64,000 nucleotides of DNA. Origin: Candidatus Kaiserbacteria bacterium. Its GTDB lineage: Bacteria; Patescibacteriota; Minisyncoccia; Phycocordibacterales; Phycocordibacteraceae. Below, piece after piece: positions 38,563 through 48,481 of this stretch. The notes under the pieces were generated by a model, which made no database searches, had not been told where the DNA came from, and was given only the letters and a program-made list of their open reading frames with translations. Each line of letters opens with the position of its first letter. Position 1 is the stretch's first letter. The position numbers were made by a program, and so were the translations under genes. The stretch covers positions 660,562 through 724,561 of the forward strand of contig OY969413.1 in the NCBI GenBank assembly GCA_963699165.1, read 5' to 3'.

Positions 38563-40710
38563 TTACTTTCTGGACGCGATAATGTCCGCAGCGACGTTGT
38601 TTGGCACGGTGTCGTAGTGGTCGAATTCCATCGTCATTGAGCCGCGGCCTTCGGTCATGGAGCGAAGAGTGGTCGTGTAGCCGAACATTTCGGAAAGTGG
38701 CACTTTTGCGCGGATGGTTTTGTTCATGCCGCGGTCTTCCATGCCTTCGATTTGTCCGCGCTTGCCCGAAAGCGAGCCCGTGATGTCGCCCATGAATTGC
38801 TCCGGCACGATGACTTCGACGCGCATAATCGGTTCAAGAATTACCGCCTTCGCGCGGCCTGCCGCTTCCTGAAACGCCATCGATGCGGCGATTTTGAATG
38901 CGATTTCCGAAGAGTCGACATCGTGGTAGGAGCCGTCGTAGAGGTCGACGGAAATGTCCACCATCGGGAAGCCCGCGAGGAAGCCGCGCGCCATCGCTTC
39001 GCGAACACCCTTCTCCACTGCGGGAATGTATTCCTGCGGAACCACACCGCCTTTGATGTTGTTGATGAATTCAAAGTGGTCTTCGCGTGTGATGTTTTTT
39101 GCAATCTTCGCGCCTTCCACAAGCGGCTCCATTTTCTTCATCTTGATTTTCACGTGACCGTACTGGCCGCGGCCGCCGGTCTGCTTGATGTACTTCCCTT
39201 CTGCATCGGCAGAACCAAGAATCGTTTCGCGGTACGCCACCTGCGGTTTGCCCACATCGGCAACGACATTGAATTCGCGCTTCATGCGGTCAACGAGAAT
39301 TTCAAGATGCAACTCGCCCATGCCCGAGATAATCGTCTCGTTGGTTTCCTCATCGGTCTTGATGCGGAAAGTCGGGTCTTCGTCGGAGAGTTTGCGAAGC
39401 GCAATACCCATTTTCTCTTGGTCGGCCTTTGTCTTCGGCTCGATGCGAAGCGACACCACCGACTCCGGAAACTTAATCTCTTCAAGCACAATCGGACTCG
39501 CCTCATCGCAGAGCGTGTGCGACGTCTTTGTGTCTTTGAGACCAACGGCTGCAGCTATTTCTCCTGTGAAAACCTTTTCAACTTCTTCGCGCTTGTCTGC
39601 TTGAAGGCGGACGATACGGCCGACGCGCTCTTTCGAGCCGGTCGTCGAGTTGTATACATACGAACCGGCCGTGAGCGTACCGGAGTACACGCGGAAGAAG
39701 GTGAGTGCGCCGACAAACGGGTCGGTTTGAAGTTTGAATGCAAGCGCGCAGAACGGTTCGTCGTCGGATGCATGGCGTTCAATCGGCTCATCTGTCTTCG
39801 GGTCTTTACCGGTCGTAGGCGGAAGGTCGAGTGGCGAAGGAAGATAGTCCACAACAGCATCAAGCACGAGCTGTACGCCCTTGTTTTTGAGCGCACTGCC
39901 GCAGTACACCGGAAATACTTCATTGTGAATAACCGCCTTGCGAAGAAGCGCCTTGAGTTCATCAATGCTCGGCTCCTTGCCTTCGAGATAGGCATTCATC
40001 GCCGTGTCGTCCTGCTCGACGATGCGCTCGATGAGTTCGCCGCGGAATTTCTTCGCGTCGTCCAAAAGATTTGCCGGAACTTCGCCTTCGACAACGTCTT
40101 CGCCCATGTTGCCCGTAAAGGTGTACGACTTCATCGAAAGAAGATCGACGACGCCTTCATGCGCGGACTCTTCGCCTATCGGAATCTGCATGCGAATCGC
40201 TTTCGGCGATAGGCGGTCAAGAATGCTTGCGTACGAGCGCTCAAACGATGCGCCCGTGCGGTCGAGCTTGTTGATGAAACAAACGCGCGGCACTTTTGCC
40301 TCATCGGCGTAGCGCCAGTTGGTTTCGGACTGCGGTTCGACGCCGGCAACGCCGTCAAAGACGACGACTGCGCCGTCGAGAACGCGCATGGAGCGCTTCA
40401 CTTCGGCAGTGAAGTCGATGTGTCCCGGCGTGTCGATAACATTGAAACGGAATTTCTTCGCTTTATCTTTTTTGTCCTTCTCGCTCGTGCGCGTCCAGAA
40501 ACAGGTAATGGCGGCGGCCGTGATGGTGATGCCGCGCTCGCGCTCCTGCTCCATCCAGTCGGTGGTCGTCTCGCCTTCGTGCACTTCGCCGATTTTGTGC
40601 TGCGAACCGGTATAGAAAAGCACGCGCTCGCTGGTCGTCGTTTTACCGGCGTCGATGTGGGCGATGATTCCGAAATTACGAACTTTCTCGAGTGGATAGT
40701 CGCGGTTCAT
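38563..40710 (-). CDS. fusA: Elongation factor G.
   Basis: AHIDAGKTT GTPase motifs; 715 aa; after rpsG. Confidence 0.95.
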   Translation of the reverse strand: MNRDYPLEKVRNFGIIAHIDAGKTTTSERVLFYTGSQHKIGEVHEGETTTDWMEQERERGITITAAAITCFWTRTSEKDKKDKAKKFRFNVIDTPGHIDFTAEVKRSMRVLDGAVVVFDGVAGVEPQSETNWRYADEAKVPRVCFINKLDRTGASFERSYASILDRLSPKAIRMQIPIGEESAHEGVVDLLSMKSYTFTGNMGEDVVEGEVPANLLDDAKKFRGELIERIVEQDDTAMNAYLEGKEPSIDELKALLRKAVIHNEVFPVYCGSALKNKGVQLVLDAVVDYLPSPLDLPPTTGKDPKTDEPIERHASDDEPFCALAFKLQTDPFVGALTFFRVYSGTLTAGSYVYNSTTGSKERVGRIVRLQADKREEVEKVFTGEIAAAVGLKDTKTSHTLCDEASPIVLEEIKFPESVVSLRIEPKTKADQEKMGIALRKLSDEDPTFRIKTDEETNETIISGMGELHLEILVDRMKREFNVVADVGKPQVAYRETILGSADAEGKYIKQTGGRGQYGHVKIKMKKMEPLVEGAKIAKNITREDHFEFINNIKGGVVPQEYIPAVEKGVREAMARGFLAGFPMVDISVDLYDGSYHDVDSSEIAFKIAASMAFQEAAGRAKAVILEPIMRVEVIVPEQFMGDITGSLSGKRGQIEGMEDRGMNKTIRAKVPLSEMFGYTTTLRSMTEGRGSMTMEFDHYDTVPNNVAADIIASRK

Positions 40711-40791
40711 ATAATGGTTACAAAAATAAAATGCGCGGAGCGCAGGTTGATAGTATCACGCACCGAACTGCTCTGCGAGTGAACGCAGAAA

Positions 40792-41256
40792 TCACCACGC
40801 AAAGTGAGCAAATGCCTTGTTGGCGTCTGCCATGCGGTGCATCTCGTCCTTCTTCTTGATTGCATCGCCTTCGTTCTTTGCGGCAAGCAGGAGTTCGGCG
40901 GCGAGTTTCTCGGCCATCGGCTTCCCTTTCTTTGCGCGGGCGGCATTGATAATCCAGCGGAACGAGAGTGCGAGGCGGCGCGTCTGCGGAACTTCGCGCG
41001 GCACTTGGTAGTTGGCGCCTCCGACGCGGCGGGAGCGGACTTCCATCAAAGGAGACACGTTGCGAAGCGCGGACTCAAACGTCTCAAGTGGATTCTCTCC
41101 GCCCTTCTCGATGACGGCGAGCGCATCGTATACGACTGCACGGGCAGTGTCTTTCTTTCCGTCCCACATGACGGCATTGATAAAGCGGGAGAGGGTCTCT
41201 GAACCGTATTTGAGGTCAGGACGCCACGTTCGTTTCTTTTTAAGAGGTCGGCGCAT
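40792..41256 (-). CDS. rpsG: 30S ribosomal protein S7.
   Basis: S7 sequence. Start taken at MRRPLKKKR. Confidence 0.9.
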   Translation of the reverse strand: MRRPLKKKRTWRPDLKYGSETLSRFINAVMWDGKKDTARAVVYDALAVIEKGGENPLETFESALRNVSPLMEVRSRRVGGANYQVPREVPQTRRLALSFRWIINAARAKKGKPMAEKLAAELLLAAKNEGDAIKKKDEMHRMADANKAFAHFAW

Positions 41257-41386
41257 ATCAGTTTTTGAAAGCACCAATTCCCAAATTCGAAATATCAAAC
41301 AAGTCGGAAACGCCGTTCGAATTTGCTGTCTTGTATTTTGAGAATTGAGATTTCATATTTATTTGGAATTTGTTGCTTCGAATTTT

Positions 41387-41803
41387 TTATTTTGCTTTAC
41401 TGGGGCGCTTCGCACCGTAGCGAGAGCGGCCGCGGCGGCGCTTCTCAATGCCGCTCGTGTCGAGCTTCCCGCGAACGATGGTGTACTGCACGCCGATGTC
41501 TTTCACGCGGCCGCCGCGAAGCAAGACCACGGAGTGTTCCTGCAGGTTGTGGCCTTCGCCCGGAATGTAGGCCGTGACTTCCATGCCGTTTGTGAGGCGG
41601 ACGCGGGCGATTTTACGAATAGCGGAGTTCGGTTTTCTCGGGGTCTTGGTGGTCACTTTCGTGCACACGCCGCGCTTAAACGGCGAGGAGTAGAAGGTAG
41701 GACGGTTCTTAAGTGCGTTAAAACCGCGGGCCAATGCAGGCACGGTCGTCTTGCGCGACTTGTTCTTGCGTCCTTTCTTTGAGAGTTGGTTAATTGTAGA
41801 CAT
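41387..41803 (-). CDS. rpsL: 30S ribosomal protein S12.
   Basis: S12 sequence (PKKPNSA.RK ... GGRVKDLPGVRY-like). Confidence 0.9.
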   Translation of the reverse strand: MSTINQLSKKGRKNKSRKTTVPALARGFNALKNRPTFYSSPFKRGVCTKVTTKTPRKPNSAIRKIARVRLTNGMEVTAYIPGEGHNLQEHSVVLLRGGRVKDIGVQYTIVRGKLDTSGIEKRRRGRSRYGAKRPSKAK

Positions 41804-41916
41804 TTAGAAAAAGAAGACCCGAGAAGGGTCAGAGCCAATATAAAGGAATACCGCCCAGAATGCAAACCCGCCGCTCGCTGTCTGTCCATAGCCACGCAAA
41901 CAATCACCAACAACCA

Positions 41917-41950
41917 ATACGCAAATACTACCATATATGGTAGTATTTGC
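41917..41950. promoter_or_regulatory. Perfect 34-bp palindrome ACGCAAATACTACCATAT|ATATGGTAGTATTTGCGT ending 2 nt before the ATG of the YerC/TrpR-like gene. Candidate operator.
   Basis: Read directly. Core ACTACCATATATGGTAGT is shared with 42396..42436. Confidence 0.5.
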
Positions 41951-41952
41951 GT

Positions 41953-42375
41953 ATGAAAAAGAAGACGGAAGAATTGAGTGAGACGGAACGCACACGGACA
42001 CTCGATGCGCTTTATACCGCGGCCGGAGCAGTGCGGGGCCGCTCCGCCATGAAGCTTTTCCTACGAGATCTTCTAACCGAAAGCGAACGAATCATGCTCG
42101 GCAGACGAATTTTAATCGCCCGGCTTCTTCTGCAAGATGATACTTACGATTCCATCAGGCAACGAACAGGAGCGGGGTATTGCACGATTGAACGCGTTCA
42201 TCGATGGCTGAAAGATCAGTTGCCCGGCTATGAAACCGCCATTGCCGCAATGGAGAAAGAGTTCGATGCGCGCGATTCAAAAAAGGAGTATTCTGAAAGC
42301 CCTCTCTTTCGACTAAAGAAAAAATATCCTCTTCATTTTCTTCTTTTTCCGGAGCCGAAACAGAAAAAGAAATAG
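41953..42375 (+). CDS. TrpR-like DNA-binding protein of the YerC/YecD family.
   Basis: TESERIMLGRRILIARLLLQDDTYDSIRQRTGAGYCTIERV matches the YerC/YecD HTH pattern. Divergent from rpsL. Confidence 0.6.
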   Translation: MKKKTEELSETERTRTLDALYTAAGAVRGRSAMKLFLRDLLTESERIMLGRRILIARLLLQDDTYDSIRQRTGAGYCTIERVHRWLKDQLPGYETAIAAMEKEFDARDSKKEYSESPLFRLKKKYPLHFLLFPEPKQKKK

Positions 42376-42395
42376 ACAGGTGCTCCGCGCACGGC

Positions 42396-42436
42396 AAAAC
42401 AAGACACTACCATATATGGTAGTGTCTTGTTTTGCC
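42396..42436. promoter_or_regulatory. Second perfect palindrome CAAAACAAGACACTACCATAT|ATATGGTAGTGTCTTGTTTTG with the same 18-bp core. Lies between convergent genes and could also act as a bidirectional terminator.
   Basis: Read directly. Confidence 0.5.
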
Positions 42437-42460
42437 GTGCGAGATTCTTTCCAGCTACAT

Positions 42461-43408
42461 TTACTCAACTGGCTCGCGATACGGGTCGGTCGAATAGGGC
42501 TTTGCGGCAGGCGGGGGCGCAATCGGGGTGCTAGCTGTGGGGGGCAGCGGCGCGGCGGGCGGAAAGATTCGTGAGGGCGGTGCAAACGAAGGGGGCGGCG
42601 GCATTATTCGATTAATAGAAGGGGGCGGCGGAATCCGGTTTATCGACGGCATTGCCGGCGGCATTGCGCCCGGAAGATTCGGCGGAGGCGTTGGGGTGCG
42701 TGCCGGTTGTTGCGAGACGCCATTGTTGAATGAAATATGCGGCTCTTCACGGTCTTCCAAAAGCTTTTCATTTTCGGCAATCGGGCTTTGCGTGTATCGA
42801 GGCGGAAGCGGCGGCGGAACGGCGCGCGGTGCCTGCGCAGGTTGCGGATGCGCGGGTGCCGGATGCGCGGGCGCATGCGGCGCGGGTGACAACGAGGACG
42901 AACGGTCCATGGTCTTTACGAAAATATCGTTGTATTCGGAATGCAGGTAGCGCGGGGACTGCAGCGGCGGCGCATAATTATCAGCGGTCTTTTTTTCATC
43001 CGGACGATTTGCCGCAGGAGCCGGAGGAGCCACGGGCGAAGGCGGCGCGGCTTCCGGAGCTTTCGCGGCAGTTCCCTTTTCCATCTTATCGCGCAGGGGA
43101 ACGAATATTCGTTCATTAACATCTTTCATAATGCCCGTAACGAGCGCGTCCGGAATCCCGCCGTCGTTTTTTAGCGCGGCGGCGAATTCATTCGGGTCTT
43201 CTATGCCGAGCAAAAGCAAAATGACGTTGCGTACTAATACGCCCGCCTGGTCGATATGCAAGGAGTAGGTCGCCGAGAGGTCCTGCACAACGGGAATGTA
43301 TGCGCTGTCCTCGAAATATTGCCGAATCGCCGCCGGAAGAGTCCGCATTATCACATTCAGACTTTCTTCAAACTGGGAATCGTTTATGCTGTTGCCATCG
43401 GTATCCAT
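42461..43408 (-). CDS. Hypothetical protein: ~110-aa N-terminal domain followed by a long Pro-rich low-complexity tail. Last gene of a four-gene envelope operon.
   Basis: ORF track. 10-nt gap to the upstream gene. Confidence 0.45.
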   Translation of the reverse strand: MDTDGNSINDSQFEESLNVIMRTLPAAIRQYFEDSAYIPVVQDLSATYSLHIDQAGVLVRNVILLLLGIEDPNEFAAALKNDGGIPDALVTGIMKDVNERIFVPLRDKMEKGTAAKAPEAAPPSPVAPPAPAANRPDEKKTADNYAPPLQSPRYLHSEYNDIFVKTMDRSSSLSPAPHAPAHPAPAHPQPAQAPRAVPPPLPPRYTQSPIAENEKLLEDREEPHISFNNGVSQQPARTPTPPPNLPGAMPPAMPSINRIPPPPSINRIMPPPPSFAPPSRIFPPAAPLPPTASTPIAPPPAAKPYSTDPYREPVE

Positions 43409-43417
43409 ATGAATAGA

Positions 43418-45706
43418 TTACTTCCCTTTTTCTTCTCCGCCCTCTTTCTTTTCCTCCTTTTCCCCACCCTCCTCTTTTTCCGCATTCTTTGCCGCCTTTC
43501 TGATGGCCGCGAGAATTCGCTCATTGTCATCCGAGGCCTTAAGGTCGGAATCCGACTTTTTGCCCGCAAGACGCTTCTTAATCGCTAGCGCGGCGTCTCT
43601 ATTTGCTTTCGGATCTACGCCCAGCACGTGTGCGCCACCCGCATAAATCGCCGCGGCGGCGGGTATTGCCGCGGCACCGGTGCCGACAGCAGCGGATGCA
43701 AACCCCGCCGCAAATAGAGAGCGAGGAAGCGAACCGGCGGCACTGCCCACCGCTCCCATAGCTTTCCCGGATAGGGTGCTCCCCGCATTCTCGAGATTTT
43801 CCGCATATTTCGTTTGTCTTGCAAGGGCAGAATTTGGTTCCTCAATGCGTTTTCTCGTATCCGCTTCTTCTTTGGTGGCCGCCGCCAAGTTTCTCGTCGC
43901 TTCTTCAAGGTCGGTCGCCGCGGTAGCAAGTTTGGTTTCGTTACCGGCAAGGTCTGCTTTCGCCTTCGTTAATTCCGCCTCTTTGGCGGGGTCGAATGAA
44001 CGGCCCTTCACCGCCTTTTCCGCTTCAAGACCCCGTATCATCTCTTTGATTCTCGTTGATTCCTGCGCGATGGTTGTATGCTCGCTTTTAGCCGCGTTGT
44101 ATGTATCTTTCGCGCCCCTGCTTGCGTCCTCCGCCCGCTGAATCTCGGCGGTGTCTTTTTCGGTTAGTTTGCGCGCCGAAATTGTTTTAGCATAATCTGT
44201 ACGGGCTTTCGTAGCAGCTTCTTCGGACTGCCTGTACCCGCCCTTGTAAGCGGTCCCCGCATCAATTTTGGCCGACTTGAGCCCCGCCTTCACCGGAGCA
44301 ATGCCGCGAATGTCCCAATTACCGGTTGCACCCTTATCAGCAAGGGCCGCGAGATGTCTTCCAGCTTCGGTTGTGCCAAGCTTGGAAGAGCGAATTCCGC
44401 GTGCAGCACCCTGCAAAGCGCGTCCGGCGGTATTGCGCATCACAAAAGAGGAGGTGCCCCCCATGATTTTGCCGGTCATTTGCGTCGCCTGCTTCGTCCA
44501 AAACGCTTTCAACTGGCCGGCGGCAACGACGACGTAGCCGAGAAGACCCATTGCAACGAGGAAGGAAAGGAACACACCGGCGAAGCCAGGTACCGTCGCG
44601 GCATTCGGGTTCCCAGTGAAAGCCGTCCACGCATCGCTTGCGCATTGCGACGCGCCGGAAGTGGCCGAACAGGTTCCCATAAGAAACTGCGCATCCGTGA
44701 TGACCGCAAGCGCTATATAGAGGAGAAGGAGGAGTATTGGAGCCGTTATGGTTTGGTCGGAAAGCATCTTCCACCACCATTTAGCGGTGCCCTGCAACTG
44801 CGGCACGATGTATCCGGCAAAACCGAGCGGCGAAAGAATGATGAGGAAAAGCAGCATAACGAAACGCGCGATGAGTATGAAGGCAAGCGTGAACAAAACG
44901 AACGTCGCAACAAGAAAAATGATGCTCGCCATAAAGCCGATGAGCAATGTGTTCCCCGCCCTGAAAAACCCGTTGTCCGTCTGCGAGTGTTCGTAGATGG
45001 TGGCCAAGCCGATATTTCCCAAAATTTTGTCTGAAATGCTTTCGTTGCCCGCAGTATGCGCCGGCTGACCGCCGTTGATTTGCGTATAAAATTCGGTTGC
45101 AAAAAGATTGCCGACATCGACAATCGCTTCGGATATAAATAGCGAGAAATTGAGAAAAATCGCGGCAATGAGCATCATCGGGAGCATTTTTTTGCCTCCG
45201 CCGTACCAGTTCACGTTAAGAATGGTCGTGATGCCGACGGCGAGAAAACCGAAGATGAGCAGAATGTTGCCGATATCGCGGAGAATGCGCCACGCAACGC
45301 CGACGGCGGTGAGCTGCTTCACGTAGCTGCCCATAATGACGATGGTGAAGTACACCGCATTGTCGAGCGTGATTGCGGCAATGCCGAGAAGCCACGCGAA
45401 CAGCTTCATGATTTGCAGCATCGCCAAACTGAACGGGTCGCTCGCATCTGCGGAAGCGCCTGTTGGATTTGTGGGCTGATCGGTTGCCGAAGGCGTATAT
45501 GTCGACGAGCCGGGAACACCTCCGTAAGCCGTTGGCGACATACAAACTGCCGCATTCGGATTGCCGTCTTCTCCGGAGTATTCGCAAACATCGCCTCCCG
45601 TACATGCCGGTGTGCAGGTTTGGGCGTGCGCAAGGCGCGCAAATCCGATTGCCCCGCCGGATGAGAGCGAGAGCGTTATGAGCAAAAGAATGAGGAATCG
45701 TTTCAT
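43418..45706 (-). CDS. TrbL/VirB6-like polytopic membrane protein: signal peptide, Cys-rich segment, ~7 TM helices, ~370-aa hydrophilic coiled-coil C-terminal tail ending in a KE-rich stretch.
   Basis: Architecture by eye, including a Trp-containing TM cluster (AKWWWKML). Start taken at the signal peptide MKRFLILLLITLSLSSGG. Confidence 0.4.
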   Translation of the reverse strand: MKRFLILLLITLSLSSGGAIGFARLAHAQTCTPACTGGDVCEYSGEDGNPNAAVCMSPTAYGGVPGSSTYTPSATDQPTNPTGASADASDPFSLAMLQIMKLFAWLLGIAAITLDNAVYFTIVIMGSYVKQLTAVGVAWRILRDIGNILLIFGFLAVGITTILNVNWYGGGKKMLPMMLIAAIFLNFSLFISEAIVDVGNLFATEFYTQINGGQPAHTAGNESISDKILGNIGLATIYEHSQTDNGFFRAGNTLLIGFMASIIFLVATFVLFTLAFILIARFVMLLFLIILSPLGFAGYIVPQLQGTAKWWWKMLSDQTITAPILLLLLYIALAVITDAQFLMGTCSATSGASQCASDAWTAFTGNPNAATVPGFAGVFLSFLVAMGLLGYVVVAAGQLKAFWTKQATQMTGKIMGGTSSFVMRNTAGRALQGAARGIRSSKLGTTEAGRHLAALADKGATGNWDIRGIAPVKAGLKSAKIDAGTAYKGGYRQSEEAATKARTDYAKTISARKLTEKDTAEIQRAEDASRGAKDTYNAAKSEHTTIAQESTRIKEMIRGLEAEKAVKGRSFDPAKEAELTKAKADLAGNETKLATAATDLEEATRNLAAATKEEADTRKRIEEPNSALARQTKYAENLENAGSTLSGKAMGAVGSAAGSLPRSLFAAGFASAAVGTGAAAIPAAAAIYAGGAHVLGVDPKANRDAALAIKKRLAGKKSDSDLKASDDNERILAAIRKAAKNAEKEEGGEKEEKKEGGEEKGK

Positions 45707-45713
45707 GGTGTTA

Positions 45714-47342
45714 CTATCCTCCGCCATCGCCGGAAACCGGATTGGAGGTTGCTGGTGCGCAAAGAGCGGCGGCGGCATTCGCATTTGCGGTTATGAGGTT
45801 CATCTGGTCCTGAAGCGTGCCGCCCGAGACGGTGAGCGAACCGACGGGATTCGCTTTCGCTTGTCCGGTCGTTTGTGCGTCCCCTTGCGCGGTTTGGACA
45901 TCTGCCGCGGTCGGCGTGTCTCCCATGAGCGTTGACAGGTCGGTTGAAAACGTCGTGATTTCTTCCTGCGTGGTCGGACTGCTTTCCGCGTTTACCTTTG
46001 CGGCGAATTGCCGCGTGGCTTCCGCGGTCGATATCGACGTCTGCGCTTGCGTTATCACCGGCGTTATCTCGCTATCAAGCGCCGCCTGCGCTTGCGCGGC
46101 CGTCACTCCGCCGCCGAATACGCTCGCGTTCGCGGCGCATGCCGTGCCCGCCGCGCGGACGGCTGACTCGGCCGCATTCGCCGCCGAAAGAACGGTATTC
46201 CACGCGCTTTCATAGGAATTTATATTCGCAATGGTGTCGTTTACCACGGAATTCGCCGCGCTCGACGCTGAAGACGACGCGGTCTGGGTAGGCGCGCTGT
46301 TGACGTACTGCTCGATGAGCGAACTCGAGCCGCTGCCCGAGGACGGCTGGGTGGAACCGAAGAGACCTCCTTCGACGCCGCCGATGACTTTGTTGAGAAT
46401 CGAGGACATGAGGTCCGAAATCAAATCATTAATCTGGTTCGCCGAAACGATTTTGTCGACATTCGCGCCAAGTGATTTGTTGAGGGACGCAACGATGACC
46501 GAACCCGGAGTATCTACGGTGCCCTCGCTGCCGTCCGCGTTCACGCATTGCACGGGAGCAACCGCGTTAACCGCCGTGCTTGATTCGCACGCATATGAGG
46601 GTTTGCCGTCTTCCATTCCGGTTTGCGAGCAGGTTTGTCCGCCCGGACATGTGCCGCAAGGCCCTCCGGCGCTCGAAACATTCGTGCTTCCGCCGCCGCA
46701 CCATGACATGAAACCTTGTCCCCAATTCAGCTGTTGCTGTTTGGTCGATTGCGCACCTCCTACAAGCGAGGCCAGCTGATTCTGCGAATTCTGATACAGC
46801 ATGAACGGATTATTCTGGTCCTGCGTCGTGAGAGCAAGCCAAGCCGATACGCCGCCCTTTGTCCAATCGCCCGCGAGAAAGTCGTTGATAGTCGCCGGGT
46901 TAAGAGTGCACTGATTTTTCACCCAAAATCCGCCGGTACCGGTGTTCTGCAGATAATTAGTGCGCAACGATGAGACAATTGACGATGCAAACGGGGAGTT
47001 TGAATTCTGCATAAATTGAGTTAAAAATGCATTTGCTTGCGTGTCGCCGATATTTTGCAGAAGTTGCGACAGATTTTGCACATACATCGGACTGCTGTTG
47101 TTGCCCGGATTATTTACGAAATTCACTACACTGCCGGTAATGGATTGAATTAATTTTGAAGAAACCTCGAACTGTAGCGCGTCGAGAAATTCGTGGGCTA
47201 TTTTGCTCCAAAGCGTAGAACCCTCTGTTAGGAAATCGGCCACCGGCACGCCGAGTTGCGCATGCGCCGGACGCGGAGCACTCAAAAAAGCGGCCGGCGC
47301 GACGAGGATGAAAACCGCGATGAGCGCAAGCTGTTTCCTCAT
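45714..47342 (-). CDS. Secreted Gln/Asn/Ser-rich protein (542 aa) with signal peptide and a Cys cluster. Second gene of the operon.
   Basis: Signal peptide MRKQLALIAVFILVAPAAFLSAPRPAHAQ. 4-nt ATGA overlap with the upstream gene. Confidence 0.5.
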   Translation of the reverse strand: MRKQLALIAVFILVAPAAFLSAPRPAHAQLGVPVADFLTEGSTLWSKIAHEFLDALQFEVSSKLIQSITGSVVNFVNNPGNNSSPMYVQNLSQLLQNIGDTQANAFLTQFMQNSNSPFASSIVSSLRTNYLQNTGTGGFWVKNQCTLNPATINDFLAGDWTKGGVSAWLALTTQDQNNPFMLYQNSQNQLASLVGGAQSTKQQQLNWGQGFMSWCGGGSTNVSSAGGPCGTCPGGQTCSQTGMEDGKPSYACESSTAVNAVAPVQCVNADGSEGTVDTPGSVIVASLNKSLGANVDKIVSANQINDLISDLMSSILNKVIGGVEGGLFGSTQPSSGSGSSSLIEQYVNSAPTQTASSSASSAANSVVNDTIANINSYESAWNTVLSAANAAESAVRAAGTACAANASVFGGGVTAAQAQAALDSEITPVITQAQTSISTAEATRQFAAKVNAESSPTTQEEITTFSTDLSTLMGDTPTAADVQTAQGDAQTTGQAKANPVGSLTVSGGTLQDQMNLITANANAAAALCAPATSNPVSGDGGG

Positions 47343-48370
47343 GGCGTTGCCGTCGTGCTCGCCTCCTCCAGATTTTGCTCGAAGTTCACGATGGAGGCGC
47401 CCGGTTCTCCGTTTTCGATCGTAACGCCTTCGGCCGCATATTCGTCATCCATGTCGGAAAATGCCCGCACGAGCGCGGAAACCGCGCCTTCATATTGACC
47501 GAGCGCGAGCATGGTCGCGAGCGGGTCCGTGTTGACCTCGGCAAAATCGCTCGATATTTCTCCGATACGCGCCGCCGCGTTTATGATTTGCAGGTCTTCC
47601 GACAGCAATTCTTTCGGCACCGGTAGTGCCGAAAGGCCCGCGGCCGAATCGCGGAAGGCCTTTGCTTTTTTCGCGACGCTGTCGAGGGCGGTGGCATCGC
47701 CGTTCATGGCGTCCTGCAGGTAGGCCAGCGCGCTTTTCGGCAAATGGGAATCATTCTTCGCCAGTACGCCCTCGGCGAGAACGGCAAAATTCTTAAGCGC
47801 GTCCGGACCCGAACCGGACACCACGAGGTCGGACGACGATTTGAAATCGGGCGCGGATGCGACGCTGCTCTCGAGTCCGCTCAGCGCTTGCTGTTCAACG
47901 GTGTTTATCTGATCTTGAGTGAGGTCGGCGCCGTTATTTGCGTTTTTCGCAGCGATATAAAGCGTGAGGAAACTTTTTGCAAACGTATCGGTGAGCGTCC
48001 CTTCAGGCGCGGCGGCCGGAGCGTCCGGGGTCCCGGTTTCGGCGCTCGACGTTGCCACCGGAACATCCGCAATTGCCTTCGGAACGACCATCCCCTGCGC
48101 AACGGCCTGACCGTCCGTCATGCCCAAATGAAAGTAATCGGTTGTCGTACTATTTAAAGGAATGCCGTACAGCGTCTTTTCCCAGTCGGGCAATCCGTCG
48201 CCGTTCGAATCCTTTGATGCGATTTGCTGCAAGAGCGCGGTCTCGGTCGATGCCTGCGCGATAGGCGGAGAAGCTACGCCCTTCGCGAGCAGATACGCGC
48301 CGACGACGAGTCCGACCGACAATAGCGTCGCGGCAAATATTCGCCAATTTCCAACTATTCTTTCCCCCAT
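47339..48370 (-). CDS. N-terminally anchored bitopic protein (343 aa), first gene of the operon. Position and size are compatible with a VirB8-like role, but no homology was verified.
   Basis: TM helix IFAATLLSVGLVVGAYLL then a hydrophilic domain. Confidence 0.45.
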   Translation of the reverse strand: MGERIVGNWRIFAATLLSVGLVVGAYLLAKGVASPPIAQASTETALLQQIASKDSNGDGLPDWEKTLYGIPLNSTTTDYFHLGMTDGQAVAQGMVVPKAIADVPVATSSAETGTPDAPAAAPEGTLTDTFAKSFLTLYIAAKNANNGADLTQDQINTVEQQALSGLESSVASAPDFKSSSDLVVSGSGPDALKNFAVLAEGVLAKNDSHLPKSALAYLQDAMNGDATALDSVAKKAKAFRDSAAGLSALPVPKELLSEDLQIINAAARIGEISSDFAEVNTDPLATMLALGQYEGAVSALVRAFSDMDDEYAAEGVTIENGEPGASIVNFEQNLEEASTTATP

Positions 48371-48481
48371 AGTATCACTTGAAAGTATAGCAGTAGCCGG
48401 CCGAAAAAAGTCCAGACGCCTGTATATAAAAGTGCATTACGCGCGACGAAAAGCGGACCGCGGGCATGGTACGATATTTCC

